DNA from: Bacteroidia bacterium
GTDB lineage: Bacteria; Bacteroidota; Bacteroidia; JABEUT01
Direction of reading: 5' to 3'
DNA length: 56,936 nt
Assembly: GCA_035485295.1 (NCBI GenBank)
Contig: DATHOD010000153.1
Location: 1-56,936, forward strand
Below, piece by piece: positions 18,150 through 29,370 of this stretch; within the stretch, counting starts at the first letter, position 1; every line of letters starts with the position of its first letter. The position numbers and the translations under genes are program-made. The notes beneath the pieces were generated by a model. It saw nothing but the letters and a program-made list of their open reading frames with translations. It had not been told where the DNA came from and searched no databases.

Positions 18150-18335
18150 ATGGCAAGGAGAAAAGGTAATCGCATACAGGTAATACTAGAATGCACCGAA
18201 CATAAAGCAAGTGGCCAACCAGGCACATCAAGGTATATTACTACCAAGAACAAGAAGAATACCCCTGAACGTATTGAGTTGAAGAAATACAACTACGTTC
18301 TTAGGAAAATGACTGTTCACAAAGAAATTAAGTAA
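18150..18335 (+). CDS. rpmG: 50S ribosomal protein L33
   Basis: 61 aa, the size of L33, immediately downstream of L28. Confidence 0.9.
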   Translation: MARRKGNRIQVILECTEHKASGQPGTSRYITTKNKKNTPERIELKKYNYVLRKMTVHKEIK

Positions 18336-18355
18336 CCTACTAATACGTAAACGTC

Positions 18356-18514
18356 ATGGCAAAAAAGACAGTTGCAACATTTAAAACAGGTAAGGGTAAA
18401 GATTTCGTAAAGGTTATTAAAATGGTAAAGTCCTCTAAATCGGGCTACCTCACCTTTAAAGAAGAAATCGTACACAAGGACCACGTAAAGGACTTCCTTA
18501 AAGAAGCGAAGTAA
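18356..18514 (+). CDS. small conserved protein, DUF4295-like (below the ORF-track cutoff)
   Basis: Hand translation gives MAKKTVATFKTGKGKDFVKVIKMVKSSKSGYLTFKEEIVHKDHVKDFLKEAK (52 aa). It lies 20 nt after rpmG and is followed by a terminator. A lysine-rich small ORF in this position is common in Bacteroidetes. Confidence 0.65.
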   Translation: MAKKTVATFKTGKGKDFVKVIKMVKSSKSGYLTFKEEIVHKDHVKDFLKEAK

Positions 18515-18535
18515 TTATATAAAATTCCTTAGTAG

Positions 18536-18566
18536 AGCTTTCTTCGTAACCCGGAGGAAGCTTTTT
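18536..18566 (+). terminator. intrinsic terminator after the rpmB-rpmG-small ORF unit
   Basis: GCTTTCTTC...GGAGGAAGC stem (18536-18544 pairs with 18552-18560, two G-U pairs), followed by T6. Confidence 0.7.
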
Positions 18567-18575
18567 TATTTACAT

Positions 18576-19106
18576 ATGGACGCACAACACTACCTGGAAA
18601 CCACTAAGAAAGTATTTCTGCAATATAAAAAGCAGGCCGAAGATGCCATAGCCCAGCTTAACGACGAACAAATTTCTTGGGCACCTTCACCTGAATCAAA
18701 CAGTATTGCAGCTATTGTAAAGCATTTATGGGGCAATATGCTTTCGCGCTGGACCGACTTCCTTACTACAGACGGTGAAAAAGATTTCCGTGACCGTGAT
18801 GCTGAGTTTGTTCCTTCGGATATCATGACTAAGGCTGCCCTTATGAAAAGGTGGGAAGAAGGCTGGAAATGCTTTACCGATACTCTTAACTCATTAAAAG
18901 TTGAAGATCTTGACAAGATTGTGAAAATCCGCAGCGAAGACCATACTGTTATACAAGCACTTCAAAGGCAATTGGCTCATTATTCGTCTCATATAGGACA
19001 GATAGTGTACCTTGCTAAAATTCAAAAAGACAAAGACTGGAAAACGCTTTCAATACCAAAAGGACAATCGAAGGAGTTTAATAATATGATGATGGGCAAA
19101 AAATAA
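18576..19106 (+). CDS. DinB-family/DUF1572-like protein
   Basis: 176 aa. It has the helical-bundle pattern with conserved His positions (VKHLWGN, AHYSSHIGQIVYL) typical of the DinB superfamily. Confidence 0.6.
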   Translation: MDAQHYLETTKKVFLQYKKQAEDAIAQLNDEQISWAPSPESNSIAAIVKHLWGNMLSRWTDFLTTDGEKDFRDRDAEFVPSDIMTKAALMKRWEEGWKCFTDTLNSLKVEDLDKIVKIRSEDHTVIQALQRQLAHYSSHIGQIVYLAKIQKDKDWKTLSIPKGQSKEFNNMMMGKK

Positions 19107-19108
19107 CT

Positions 19109-20053
19109 ATGAAGCTAAAGGAGATATTTTTCGGCAAAAAGGAATCGAGTGGACTGGATATTGGGCTGACAAAAACCAAGGAAGGTTTTTTTGCAAGGCT
19201 GGCAAAAGCCATATCGGGCAAAGCAACAATAGATACTGAGGTATTAGATAATATTGAAGAAACACTTATTGCATCGGATGTGGGTACAACCACATCAGCC
19301 AAGATAATTGCAAACCTGCAAGCCCGAGTTGCCAAAAACAAAAACATTCAAAGCGGCGAGATATACAGCATGCTGAAAGAGGAAATGTCTGCACTTTTAA
19401 CAGCAAGCAATAATACAACCCCGGAACTACCGGAAGGCGTACCTTATGTCATTATGGTGGTAGGTGTGAATGGTGTGGGTAAAACAACTACCATTGGCAA
19501 ACTGGCAAACAATTTCAAAAAAGCAGGATTAAAGGTTGTACTTGGTGCAGCAGATACTTTCCGTGCGGCAGCAGTCGACCAGTTAACTATTTGGGCAAAA
19601 CGAGTTGATGTTCCTATTGTATCTCGTGGTATGGGTGCCGATCCATCAGCTGTGGCATACGATGCTGTGCAATCTGCTGTAGCTCAAAAAGCAGATATTG
19701 TGATAATAGATACTGCAGGACGTTTGCATAATAAAGCGGGTTTGATGAATGAACTTACGAAAATAAAACGTGTTATGCAGAAGGTTGTCCCTAGTGCACC
19801 TCACGAAGTATTGTTAGTATTAGATGCATCTACCGGGCAAAATGCAGTAGAACAGTGTAAAGAGTTTACTAAAGCAACGGATGTAACTGCATTAGCGCTT
19901 ACTAAACTAGATGGTACAGCTAAAGGCGGTGTGGTAATTGGAATATCGGACCAGTTTAAAATACCGGTGCGTTACATTGGCGTGGGAGAAAAAATGGAAG
20001 ACCTGCGCATGTTCGATAGACAGGAATTCGTAGAGAGCCTGTTTAAGAGATAA
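19109..20053 (+). CDS. ftsY: signal recognition particle receptor FtsY
   Basis: 314 aa, NG domain only. Motifs GVNGVGKTTTIGKLA, DTAGR and TKLDGTAKGG. Confidence 0.92.
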   Translation: MKLKEIFFGKKESSGLDIGLTKTKEGFFARLAKAISGKATIDTEVLDNIEETLIASDVGTTTSAKIIANLQARVAKNKNIQSGEIYSMLKEEMSALLTASNNTTPELPEGVPYVIMVVGVNGVGKTTTIGKLANNFKKAGLKVVLGAADTFRAAAVDQLTIWAKRVDVPIVSRGMGADPSAVAYDAVQSAVAQKADIVIIDTAGRLHNKAGLMNELTKIKRVMQKVVPSAPHEVLLVLDASTGQNAVEQCKEFTKATDVTALALTKLDGTAKGGVVIGISDQFKIPVRYIGVGEKMEDLRMFDRQEFVESLFKR

Positions 20054-20831
20054 GCTCTTCTATATACACCCCAATCTTCTTAGTAGCTTGTTTTGGGTTT
20101 GCCAGATTAGCTTCCAGTATTTTTATAATTGCACTGCCCACTATCACTCCATCAATCCCTGCTTTAGCGGCATTGGTAATATGTTCCTTTTTAGAGATTC
20201 CAAAACCCAATGCTAGCGGAAGCTTGGTATGCTTTCGTATTCTCCTAATAAAATCATAGGTATCATTTCCCATAGAGGTACGGCTACCCGTTACACCTAA
20301 TACAGAAACTAAGTACAAATATCCTTCTGCATGTTGAAGTATATTCTTTAGTCTTGCTTCGTTGGTGGTTTGGGTAACCATAAAAACTGGAGCTACTTTA
20401 TGCTTCTTAGCAGCTTTTACAAATTGCTCCGATTCCTCATAGGGCACATCGGGAATAAGTACTCCGTCAATTCCGCACTTAAGCGCTTGCTTATAAAACG
20501 TATCTATGCCATATTGGTAAACCAAATTGGCATAAACCAATACAGAGATCGGACCTTTATAAAACGAACGGATCTCACTTATCAGAGAGAATACATTCTC
20601 TGTATCAATTCCAGAATGCAATGCCCTCTCATCAGCAGCCTGAATAGTTGGGCCATCAGCCAACGGGTCAGAATAGGGGAAGCCGATTTCGAGCATATCT
20701 GCGTACGGAGCAATAGCGCGGAAAATAGAAAGACTTGTTTCAAAATCAGGATCACCAGCCACTAAAAATGGCATGAAGGCTGGCTTACCTTCTTTCTTTG
20801 CTTTGCTGAATGTATCGATAAATTTGCTCAT
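20043..20831 (-). CDS. trpA: tryptophan synthase alpha chain
   Basis: 262 aa with [25 protein letters not shown] and GFGIS motifs. Confidence 0.92.
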   Translation of the reverse strand: MSKFIDTFSKAKKEGKPAFMPFLVAGDPDFETSLSIFRAIAPYADMLEIGFPYSDPLADGPTIQAADERALHSGIDTENVFSLISEIRSFYKGPISVLVYANLVYQYGIDTFYKQALKCGIDGVLIPDVPYEESEQFVKAAKKHKVAPVFMVTQTTNEARLKNILQHAEGYLYLVSVLGVTGSRTSMGNDTYDFIRRIRKHTKLPLALGFGISKKEHITNAAKAGIDGVIVGSAIIKILEANLANPKQATKKIGVYIEELIS

Positions 20832-22024
20832 AGTTTCATCTTTTGAATGTGGTGTATAGCCTGCGCCAAATCCTTATCTCCCCTACCCGACAGGTTTACA
20901 ATTATGATCTTATCCTTAGGTAGCTTTTTTGCCAGTTTCACTGCATAAGCCACAGCATGCGATGATTCCAATGCAGGGATAATGCCTTCGGTTTGTGCCA
21001 ACAGCATAAATGCTTTTAATGCTTCTTCATCTGTTACGTAATCGTATTCTACTCTTTTAGTTTTGTATAAATCTGCATGCTCCGGACCAATGCTAGGGTA
21101 ATCAAGCCCTGCCGATATGCTATGTGTTTCGGTTATCTGTCCGAACTTATCTTGCAATACGTAAGAGAAAGTGCCATGCAATATACCTGGCCTTCCACCT
21201 GCAAAACGAGCCGCATGCTTCTTGCTTTTTATACTAATACCACCTGCCTCTACTCCAATAATCTTAATATTTTTCTCTTTCAAAAAATCATAGAATAATC
21301 CGATTGAATTACTTCCACCGCCCACACAAGCAACCAAATAATCAGGCAAGCGATTTGCTTGTTCCTTTATTTGTTTTCTTGATTCTTCTCCGATTATCTT
21401 TTGAAAGTCACGCACAATGGTCGGGTAAGGATGCGGGCCAAGCACAGAGCCTATTAGATAATGGGATGTATTAATATTCGTCACCCAATCGCGTATGGCT
21501 TCGTTAATGGCATCTTTTAAAGTTTTGCTCCCCGCAGATACAGGCACAACTTGAGCACCCAATAATTTCATGCGCTGCACATTGGGTTGCTGTCTTTCAA
21601 TATCTACTGTACCCATATACACCACACATTCCATACCTAAAGCCACTGCTACGGTAGCTGTAGCTACTCCATGTTGGCCTGCACCTGTCTCTGCAATCAA
21701 TCGCTTTTTGCCCATGTGCTTGGCTAACAAAGCTTGCCCGAGTGCATTATTAATTTTATGCGCACCGGTATGGGTAAGGTCTTCACGCTTTAAATAAATC
21801 TTTGCACCGCCTGTCTTTTGTGTGAGTTGTTTTGCAAAATACAATGGCGTTGGCCTTCCTACAAAATTGGTGAGCCAATCAGATAACTCCTTTTTAAAGT
21901 TCTTATCATTCGATAATTTCAAATACGCTCTTTCAAGCTCCTCCAAAGGTGCCATAAGGGTCTCAGGGACATACTGCCCGCCGAAATCCCCAAAATAGCC
22001 TTTGCGTTCTTTATTTTTTTTCAT
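20828..22024 (-). CDS. trpB: tryptophan synthase beta chain
   Basis: 398 aa. PLP-lysine motif [11 protein letters not shown], plus GGGSN. Confidence 0.95.
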   Translation of the reverse strand: MKKNKERKGYFGDFGGQYVPETLMAPLEELERAYLKLSNDKNFKKELSDWLTNFVGRPTPLYFAKQLTQKTGGAKIYLKREDLTHTGAHKINNALGQALLAKHMGKKRLIAETGAGQHGVATATVAVALGMECVVYMGTVDIERQQPNVQRMKLLGAQVVPVSAGSKTLKDAINEAIRDWVTNINTSHYLIGSVLGPHPYPTIVRDFQKIIGEESRKQIKEQANRLPDYLVACVGGGSNSIGLFYDFLKEKNIKIIGVEAGGISIKSKKHAARFAGGRPGILHGTFSYVLQDKFGQITETHSISAGLDYPSIGPEHADLYKTKRVEYDYVTDEEALKAFMLLAQTEGIIPALESSHAVAYAVKLAKKLPKDKIIIVNLSGRGDKDLAQAIHHIQKMKL

Positions 22025-22668
22025 GAATAGTAGTCATTCACTGCATTTATAATTTTTTTCATTTTTATTTTGCTCTTCTTACCCGGTGATATTTCTATCC
22101 CTCTTGATATATCTATAATTTCTGGCTTTAGTTTATCAAGATAACCAGTAACATTCTTTACATCAATCCCGCCGGAAAGCACAAGCTTTATTTTTTTCGC
22201 CGATAGCTTTTTATACAAGGTAAATCCATCAAACTCACCGGACTTATTATTAGCCTTTTCTACTGCACTACCTGAGTCGAGCAATATTCTATCCACATGC
22301 TTACTCATTTCCAACACATCGCCTTTGCCCTTATTGTTCCATGCTTTCCATACCTCAATCCCTTTTATCTTTTTAACAAGTTCCAATTGTTCATCTCCGT
22401 GCAACTGAATAACATCCACAAATCCACTTTTCGTAATCTTGAAAATATCGGTTAAAGGCATATTAACAGTCACAGCTACTACTCTGCATTTGCTCCTTTT
22501 AGTCTTCTTCACCCATTCCGCCGTTTGCAGGAATTGTTTTAAAGTTATGCTTCTTGGGCTTTTAGGAAAGTCAACAACAAAACCAAGGTAATCCACTCCA
22601 AGCTCTATTGCATATGCAATATCGTTCTTAGCCTTCATCCCACAGAATTTTATCTGAATCCTTTTCAT
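22021..22668 (-). CDS. trpF: phosphoribosylanthranilate isomerase
   Basis: 215 aa, IKFCGM start motif, positioned between trpC and trpB. Confidence 0.85.
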   Translation of the reverse strand: MKRIQIKFCGMKAKNDIAYAIELGVDYLGFVVDFPKSPRSITLKQFLQTAEWVKKTKRSKCRVVAVTVNMPLTDIFKITKSGFVDVIQLHGDEQLELVKKIKGIEVWKAWNNKGKGDVLEMSKHVDRILLDSGSAVEKANNKSGEFDGFTLYKKLSAKKIKLVLSGGIDVKNVTGYLDKLKPEIIDISRGIEISPGKKSKIKMKKIINAVNDYYS

Positions 22669-23480
22669 TGTATGCCTGCAATAAGTTCAACTAAAGCTTT
22701 ACCCGGATCAGGTGCACGCATAAAGTGGGTGCCGATAAGCACAGCATCTGCATTAGCATTCTTCATATAAAGCAGGTCCTCACGGGAATGGATGCCTGAT
22801 TCTGCTACAACTATTTTATCGTTTGGAATATGTTCCGCAATGGAGGAGAAAGTAGAATTATCAACCCCAAAGCTTTTCAGGTTGCGGTTGTTTATCCCAA
22901 TAATTTCTGCACCTATCCTCATTGCCTTCTCAAGCTCCTGCAAGGTATGGACCTCTACTAATGATTCTATTCCTAACTCATAACATAAAGCATATAAGTC
23001 CTTTAGTTTCGCTTCATCAAGTATTGCAGCAATCAGCAACACAGCATCTGCTCCTGCTGCCTTTGATTCATATACCTGCTTTTCATCAATCACAAAATCT
23101 TTGCGAATGACAGGCAATGAAACCGCCTTCTTAATTTCCTTTATCCATTCGATATCTCCTTGAAAGAATTGTTTATCGGTCACCACAGAAATAGCGGAAG
23201 CCCCATTCTGCATATATGCCTGGGCAATACCGCTTACATCTATATCTTTTCTGATAACACCTTCCGAAGGAGAAGCCTTTTTAATCTCTGCAATAATGCC
23301 TGGCCTCTTTTGCGTAATTGCAATAGAAAATTTTATTCCATTACTTGTTGGGGCGATTCTTGCAGCCTCTTTCCACAATTGGAAATCAGTAGCTGAGATA
23401 GCAGATACTTCTTCTACCTTCTTGTCGCAAATAGCATCTAATATAGTTCCCGTTTTGCTATACATAGTTTGATGCTGCAA
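22665..23480 (-). CDS. trpC: indole-3-glycerol phosphate synthase
   Basis: 271 aa with EIKKASPSEG and RKDFVIDE motifs. The start may be Met6 at 23465. Confidence 0.9.
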   Translation of the reverse strand: MQHQTMYSKTGTILDAICDKKVEEVSAISATDFQLWKEAARIAPTSNGIKFSIAITQKRPGIIAEIKKASPSEGVIRKDIDVSGIAQAYMQNGASAISVVTDKQFFQGDIEWIKEIKKAVSLPVIRKDFVIDEKQVYESKAAGADAVLLIAAILDEAKLKDLYALCYELGIESLVEVHTLQELEKAMRIGAEIIGINNRNLKSFGVDNSTFSSIAEHIPNDKIVVAESGIHSREDLLYMKNANADAVLIGTHFMRAPDPGKALVELIAGIQ

Positions 23481-24480
23481 TAAGTCTGTTCAGTTTCTTT
23501 AATGCCTTACCAGACTTAATAGCCTCGGCTGCCATTTCTTTAGCCACTTCTAAATCATCAGTCTTACCAAAGGTCATGAGCCCAACTGCAGCATTAATAA
23601 TAACAGTCTGCGTTTGCACTTCGGTTGCCTTGTTGTTCAATATATCCAAAATGATCTTAGCGCTCTGGGTTACATTCGTTATCTGTATTTCGGCCAAGCT
23701 AGCTCTACGTAATTTGTATTTTATTTTCTTTTCACTGCCTTCAGGCGATTGCTTTGAAAACTCAACAATCTTAGGCAAAGAGAAAAGACTTATTTCATCC
23801 ATTCCATCATTACTCCTAACAGCCCATAGGCGCTTAACACCTGCTTTTACAGCAGCTTCACCCATTAATGAGGTTATCTTCTTATCAAATACTCCCAAGG
23901 TTTGGTGGCTCACCCCGGCAGGGTTTACCAGTGGACCAAGTATATTGAAGTATGTTCTCTTACCATATTGTTTACGTGCTTCGGCTACATTTTTCATAGC
24001 CGGATGAAAACGCTGGGCAAATAAAAACACAAAACCTAATTCGTTGAAACATTCTACTGCATGGTCCGAGCTGAGCACAATATTCACACCTAATGCCTCA
24101 AGCACATCAGCACTACCGCAGCGGCTGCTGGCAGATCGGCTGCCATGCTTAATTACCGGGACATCGCAGGCAGCACATACAACGGATGCAACGGTAGAAA
24201 TATTAAATGTCCTTAGGCCATCTCCTCCTGTACCCACAATGTCCAATGCATCAGCTTTTATTGGCACTTCAATCATTGATTCACGTGTTGCCTTAATGAT
24301 CCCCTCCATTTCTTCCTGGGTAGGATAACGGCGGCCCATGGCAGAAAAGATCTTAACCAGTTCTTTATTATCCAGTGAACCCCTAAGGATTGCATTCTGC
24401 ATTTGATAAGCTTCCTGGGCCGATAGTCGCTTTTTCTCTTTTATCAGCTTGCTATATGATATTGGATTAGCTACTGCCAT
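23458..24480 (-). CDS. trpD: anthranilate phosphoribosyltransferase
   Basis: 340 aa with GTGGDG and KHGSRSASS motifs. Confidence 0.92.
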   Translation of the reverse strand: MAVANPISYSKLIKEKKRLSAQEAYQMQNAILRGSLDNKELVKIFSAMGRRYPTQEEMEGIIKATRESMIEVPIKADALDIVGTGGDGLRTFNISTVASVVCAACDVPVIKHGSRSASSRCGSADVLEALGVNIVLSSDHAVECFNELGFVFLFAQRFHPAMKNVAEARKQYGKRTYFNILGPLVNPAGVSHQTLGVFDKKITSLMGEAAVKAGVKRLWAVRSNDGMDEISLFSLPKIVEFSKQSPEGSEKKIKYKLRRASLAEIQITNVTQSAKIILDILNNKATEVQTQTVIINAAVGLMTFGKTDDLEVAKEMAAEAIKSGKALKKLNRLIAASNYV

Positions 24481-24481
24481 T

Positions 24482-25078
24482 TTAATTAAAAAGAAAGTTT
24501 TTAAGCATTGTACTACCTTCCTGCGTCGCGAACGACTCAGGATGAAACTGTATACCTTCTATAGGGTATTGTTTATGGCGAAGGCCCATAATTTCTTTTG
24601 TAGTATCGTTAGTATAAGCAGTTATCTCTAATGTGGCTGGCAATGATTCCCTTTCTACCATAAGCGAGTGGTAGCGCATTATCTGCACAGATTGGGGTAT
24701 ATTCTTAAACACACCTTTCTCATCATGCTTTATCGGACTTGTTTTGCCATGCATGGGTTGGTTAGATGGAACTACCTTGCCACCAAAATAATGAGCCATA
24801 CCCTGCATACCCAGGCATACTCCAAGTACAGGTAAATCCTTTTGAGGATTTAGTAATACCTCAGCACACACGCCAAAATAGGCCTTATCAGCTGGGTTAC
24901 CCGGGCCAGGTGAAAGAATTATTTTATTGTAATTCTTCTTTATCTCGCTCAGTGAAATCTTATCATTACGGCAAACATTAAGCACATTGGCCTTATTTTG
25001 CTGCATGAGCAAATCACCCACCATCTGGTAAAGATTGTAGGTGAATGAATCGTAATTATCTATGATCAGAACTTTCAT
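24482..25078 (-). CDS. trpG: anthranilate synthase component II (glutamine amidotransferase)
   Basis: 198 aa. Class I GATase with GVCLGMQ catalytic Cys and a HPES motif. Confidence 0.92.
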   Translation of the reverse strand: MKVLIIDNYDSFTYNLYQMVGDLLMQQNKANVLNVCRNDKISLSEIKKNYNKIILSPGPGNPADKAYFGVCAEVLLNPQKDLPVLGVCLGMQGMAHYFGGKVVPSNQPMHGKTSPIKHDEKGVFKNIPQSVQIMRYHSLMVERESLPATLEITAYTNDTTKEIMGLRHKQYPIEGIQFHPESFATQEGSTMLKNFLFN

Positions 25079-25162
25079 ATTTCATTCCGTTTTCTTTTCT
25101 CAATCTTTTCAATTTCCTCAATATAATCTCTAAGCTTCCACATCTCTTTAATCGTTTCCTCA

Positions 25163-25390
25163 TTATCGCAGCTTTTTTTTTAGATTTTCATTTAACCTAT
25201 CAATCCATTCCGTAGAAGCCAAGTCCTTCTTTACATAAAACATATCGGATATTAATCTCAAAAAATAAGATAAATCTTCATTAGAAAGAATACCTTCTAT
25301 ACCTTTCAACTGGTTCGGATAACCATTCATTGTATCTTGGTAGTTCCAATAATGCTCCTTATAGAATTTTATTTTTTCAAGGGTTATCAT
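25163..25390 (-). CDS. small hypothetical protein embedded between trpE and trpG (frame ends just after an A9 tract)
   Basis: 75-aa ORF starting 3 nt after the trpE stop. I recognise no family. See the finding on the frame break at 25173-25181. Confidence 0.5.
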   Translation of the reverse strand: MITLEKIKFYKEHYWNYQDTMNGYPNQLKGIEGILSNEDLSYFLRLISDMFYVKKDLASTEWIDRLNENLKKKLR

Positions 25391-25393
25391 TTT

Positions 25394-26764
25394 TTATTTG
25401 TTTAAAAACGGGTCTATTGCTTTCTGCATTCCGGCAAGCTTACTTAATATCTCGTTGTATTCTCCCAGCGGAGTAGAATCCCATACAATTCCGCCCGATG
25501 CCTGTGTATAACCTTCGCCATCGCTAATAAACATAGAACGGATAGGAATTGCCATTTTGCAATCGCCATTAAAACCAAAATAACCTATTGCACCACCATA
25601 AGGGCCGCGAGGGTTTTGTTCCAGCCTCTCAATTATTTTCATTGATTCTATCTTTGGCGTGCCCGATAATGTTCCTGCAGGGAAAGTGGCTGCCAATGCC
25701 GAGAACATATCCTCATCGGGAGAAATGATACCCATAACTTCGCTAGATATATGTTGCACATGGCTATAACGCTTCACTTCCATCAATCTCGATATCCTAA
25801 CTGTGCCAATACGAGCAACCTTTCCCAAATCATTTCTGTGCAGGTCAACCAACATTCTGTGCTCTGCTAATTCTTTGGGGTCAGTGAGCATAGTTTGTGC
25901 AAGTTCCATATCCTTCTCTACAGTTTTACCACGTTTAATAGTTCCTGCCAGCGGATATGTTTCCATTACCCCATCGTGAATATTCAACAATAATTCAGGG
26001 CTTGCACCAATTATAATTTTCTCCTTAAACTTCAAATAATACATATGTGGTGAAGGATTTATATCCCTAAGTCCCTCATATAATTGTATGGTATCTCCTT
26101 CCACATTAAACTGGCGCTTAAAACCAACCTGGCATTGGAAGGTATTACCCTTCTTAATTTCTTCAATTACTTCCTTCACAGCCTCATGATGACGTTCTTT
26201 CGTCATGCTATAGCCTTTCTCTTTAATCTTAAGAGAAGCTTTTGCTGGCTGCGTTCCTTCAATCAATTTCCTAATTAACTCAGAGCGATTCTCGGTATGA
26301 AAGAAGTAAGAGGTAATTCCTGTAGTCTTATCGTATACCAATCCATCGTCATATAATCCAAAAAGGAAAAGAGGAAAGCTCTTGTGTGGTTTTATAGACA
26401 ATGCTGATTCAAACAGAGTCATTGCATCGTAGCTGATATACCCCACCAATCCACCAGAGAAAACAGGAGGAGCCACATAATGCTTGGGGATAAAATTCCT
26501 TAATTCAAAATATGGGTTCTCCGAAAATTGCTTTTCACCGTTTATATACAAGGTTTTGTCTTCAGCGCTGATAATAGTAGATGGAGCAAAACCAATAACC
26601 GAATAACGTGCGTCCTTTGCATTCTCTCCTAAAGACTCAAGCAAAAAGCATGTATCAAATTCTTTCTCAACCTTTTTAAATAGAGCAAAAAAATCTAATC
26701 TGCCCAACTCAATATAGCTCGGGTTTTTAATTTCTGATACGTTGGCTTTGGTCTTTAACATCAC
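25394..26764 (-). CDS. trpE: anthranilate synthase component I
   Basis: 456 aa chorismate-binding enzyme with the [21 protein letters not shown] motif. Confidence 0.92.
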   Translation of the reverse strand: MMLKTKANVSEIKNPSYIELGRLDFFALFKKVEKEFDTCFLLESLGENAKDARYSVIGFAPSTIISAEDKTLYINGEKQFSENPYFELRNFIPKHYVAPPVFSGGLVGYISYDAMTLFESALSIKPHKSFPLFLFGLYDDGLVYDKTTGITSYFFHTENRSELIRKLIEGTQPAKASLKIKEKGYSMTKERHHEAVKEVIEEIKKGNTFQCQVGFKRQFNVEGDTIQLYEGLRDINPSPHMYYLKFKEKIIIGASPELLLNIHDGVMETYPLAGTIKRGKTVEKDMELAQTMLTDPKELAEHRMLVDLHRNDLGKVARIGTVRISRLMEVKRYSHVQHISSEVMGIISPDEDMFSALAATFPAGTLSGTPKIESMKIIERLEQNPRGPYGGAIGYFGFNGDCKMAIPIRSMFISDGEGYTQASGGIVWDSTPLGEYNEILSKLAGMQKAIDPFLNK

Positions 26765-27871
26765 TTACAAATTCTGTGCTTTATGACGTAGGTAATGATC
26801 CATAATAACAAGTGCTGACATTGCATCTACAATAGGAACTGCTCTAGGTAATACGCAAGGGTCATGTCTACCTTCGGCAGCTAATGTCGCATGCTTAGAA
26901 GTCCTAGTTACGGTCTTTTGTGATTTTGAAATAGTAGCAACCGGCTTAAATGCAACCCGGAAATAAATATCTTCTCCTGTAGAAATACCGCCTAATGTAC
27001 CACCGGCATTATTTGATGATTTGGCAATTTTATTCTTGTTAAGGGTAAACAAATCGTTATGCTCACTTCCTCTCATACTCACTCCATCAAAACCCGAGCC
27101 AAACTCAAAACCTTTTACTGCATTAATGCTTAGCATGGCCTTGCCTAGATCAGCAGGGAGCTTATCAAATACAGGCTCACCAATACCCGGAGGCGGGTTC
27201 TTGATCAATCCTTTCACTACTCCACCTATTGAGTCACCATCACTCTTCACTTTCTCAATCAATTTGATCATTTTATCCGCAATAGCCTTATCAGGGCAAC
27301 GGACAATACTTTTCTCGATTGCCTGCGGAGTTACTTTGCTTAGCTCTATGCCAGTCTTGATATCTCCAACCTGTTCCACAAAACTTATGCACTCCGTTCC
27401 GAATTTCTCAAACAAATACTTTTTAGCAATTGCACCTGCTGCTACTCTTGCCAATGTTTCTCTGGCTGATGCACGCCCACTACCTCTCCAGTCACGCAGG
27501 CCATATTTTAGATCATATGTATAATCAGCATGAGATGGGCGATAGATATCCTTCATTGCTTCGTAATCAGATGACTTTGCATCTTTATTGAACGCAATCA
27601 GCAAGATAGGTGTACCCGTGGTTTTACCTTGAAATACTCCTGATAGAATGTGAATAGTATCCGCTTCTTTACGCGGAGTAGTGATTTTACTTTGTCCGGG
27701 TTTACGACGATCTAAGTCTGGCTGAATGTCCTTTTCAGATAACTTAAGTCCAGGAGGGCAGCCATCAACCACCACACCTACTGCAGCTCCGTGCGATTCT
27801 CCGAAAGTAGTTATACTAAATAATTGTCCGAAAGAATTTCCAGGCATAGTACTATGATTTAGTAATGGCAT
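26765..27871 (-). CDS. aroC: chorismate synthase
   Basis: 368 aa with TTFGESHG and RHDPCV motifs. Confidence 0.95.
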   Translation of the reverse strand: MPLLNHSTMPGNSFGQLFSITTFGESHGAAVGVVVDGCPPGLKLSEKDIQPDLDRRKPGQSKITTPRKEADTIHILSGVFQGKTTGTPILLIAFNKDAKSSDYEAMKDIYRPSHADYTYDLKYGLRDWRGSGRASARETLARVAAGAIAKKYLFEKFGTECISFVEQVGDIKTGIELSKVTPQAIEKSIVRCPDKAIADKMIKLIEKVKSDGDSIGGVVKGLIKNPPPGIGEPVFDKLPADLGKAMLSINAVKGFEFGSGFDGVSMRGSEHNDLFTLNKNKIAKSSNNAGGTLGGISTGEDIYFRVAFKPVATISKSQKTVTRTSKHATLAAEGRHDPCVLPRAVPIVDAMSALVIMDHYLRHKAQNL

Positions 27872-28532
27872 TATAAATTTCCCGCATCTCCTTGTAGGTC
27901 ATAAGCCCAGGAGCGATCTTATCTTTTCCAATAGCAACATAAGTGAGATAACTACCCATCAATGGGAATAATATCCTTGTCATCATGCCCTCCTTACCCA
28001 TTCCGATTAAAATAATATCCTCTGCTGCCTTTCGTTCACTTAATAAGTCAGCGAGGATTAGAATGTCCTTTTCCTTCTTGACCATAGTAGCCATCTTAAT
28101 AACTGCAGGCTTTGCTTTACGCATTTTTTTTAGAGTCGCCTTTAGTGATTTGAATGAAGGAGTATTTTGGAACGAATGATAAGACAATACCAATTTCTTC
28201 TTTTCCTTTGAGGACAAACTCTTTATCATACTATTACCGTAAGCAATATCAACAAACTTAAATCCTGCTTGGAAAGCTTTTTTTAGAATAGCGTGTTGTA
28301 CTTTTTTATCTCCGGCAAACTCACCACCTTCGCTAACATGGCGGCAGGTAAATATGGCAGCAGCCTTCGTACTTTTCTTCAAGAGCTTAACATCGTCCTC
28401 CTTGAACCCTTTAATCGTATCTACTCGAAGTTCTATCAGAGGCGAAATACGTTCAGCCTCTTTAAGGTTCTTAAGAAACAACTGGATAGTGCTCCCTCTA
28501 ACAACAGGGCAAATTTTAAATGGTAGTGACAT
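27852..28532 (-). CDS. aroD: type I 3-dehydroquinate dehydratase
   Basis: 226 aa. ELRVD motif and the Schiff-base Lys context VIKMATM. Confidence 0.8.
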   Translation of the reverse strand: MSLPFKICPVVRGSTIQLFLKNLKEAERISPLIELRVDTIKGFKEDDVKLLKKSTKAAAIFTCRHVSEGGEFAGDKKVQHAILKKAFQAGFKFVDIAYGNSMIKSLSSKEKKKLVLSYHSFQNTPSFKSLKATLKKMRKAKPAVIKMATMVKKEKDILILADLLSERKAAEDIILIGMGKEGMMTRILFPLMGSYLTYVAIGKDKIAPGLMTYKEMREIYNAITKS

Positions 28533-29370
28533 GGTTTAATTCATTTTTTAGAGCGTTACGCATTGCTTGTTCAGGGGCTTTCAAGCCCGTATATAATTCA
28601 AATTGCATCATTCCTTGTCTTAACAGCATTTCCAATCCATCAACATTTACTGCACCTTTTCTTTCCGCAGCATGTGCCAGGGAAGTTCCGTTAACACTAT
28701 AATTTACATCAAACACAATTTGCTCTTTCTGAATAATACTTTCATCAATTGGCAGAGCCTCTCCTTCTTTACCAATAGGAGTCGTATTAATAATAATATC
28801 TGCCTGTAGATTATTGCGTTGCTCCCAACTTTTCACTTTGCAGCCAAAAGATTCAGCCAACTCATCTGCTTTTTCAGTATTGCGGCTATAGATTATTACA
28901 CTGCATTTCCCTTTTGTGAGTCCGTATACAATTGCTCTTGCTGAGCCGCCTGAGCCCAATACAGCTACTTTTTTGTTAGAAAGCGAAACGTGTTGCTTCA
29001 AGCTTTCCATGGCGCCATAGTAGTCCGTATTATATCCTATCAGCTTGCCATTTACATTCAATACTGTATTTACCGCACCAATGTGCCTTGCTTCATCATT
29101 AATTTCATTAAGGTATTGCATAATAGCTTCCTTATGCGGGATAGTAACCGCAAATGCATGAATACCATTTGCTCTTATCTCTTTTATCCCCTGCTTAAGT
29201 TCAGTAGCAGCAATTCGCATTAGTTTAAATTCATATTGAGAATCAATCCCCAAAGCTTTATATGCAGCATTATGCATGGCAGGAGAAAGCGAACGCCCCA
29301 CATGGTCACCTATCACCAGGCATATTTTCTTGTGTGCATCAGTGGCCATAGGTAGAACCGAATTTATCAA
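28516..29370 (-). CDS. aroE: shikimate 5-dehydrogenase
   Basis: 284 aa with the SLSPAMHNAAY motif, an NTD motif and GSGGSARA Rossmann motif. The start may be Met8 at 29349. Confidence 0.9.
   Translation of the reverse strand: MINSVLPMATDAHKKICLVIGDHVGRSLSPAMHNAAYKALGIDSQYEFKLMRIAATELKQGIKEIRANGIHAFAVTIPHKEAIMQYLNEINDEARHIGAVNTVLNVNGKLIGYNTDYYGAMESLKQHVSLSNKKVAVLGSGGSARAIVYGLTKGKCSVIIYSRNTEKADELAESFGCKVKSWEQRNNLQADIIINTTPIGKEGEALPIDESIIQKEQIVFDVNYSVNGTSLAHAAERKGAVNVDGLEMLLRQGMMQFELYTGLKAPEQAMRNALKNELNHVTTI

Noticed and set aside
20043-20053. 11-nt convergent overlap of the ftsY and trpA 3' ends, with no room for terminators.
   Set aside because: Convergent stop-region overlaps are common in compact genomes. 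I saw no additional structure supporting a regulatory role.
25075-25183. Alternative -1 frame after the A-AAA-AAG heptamer, which is also open (AAIMRKRLKRCGSLEIILRKLKRLRKENGMKYESSDHR).
   Set aside because: It runs 35 nt into trpG without a coupling overlap. Its Lys/Arg-rich product is what an A-rich sequence yields out of frame. The +1 continuation looks more protein-like and ends in ATGA with trpG.
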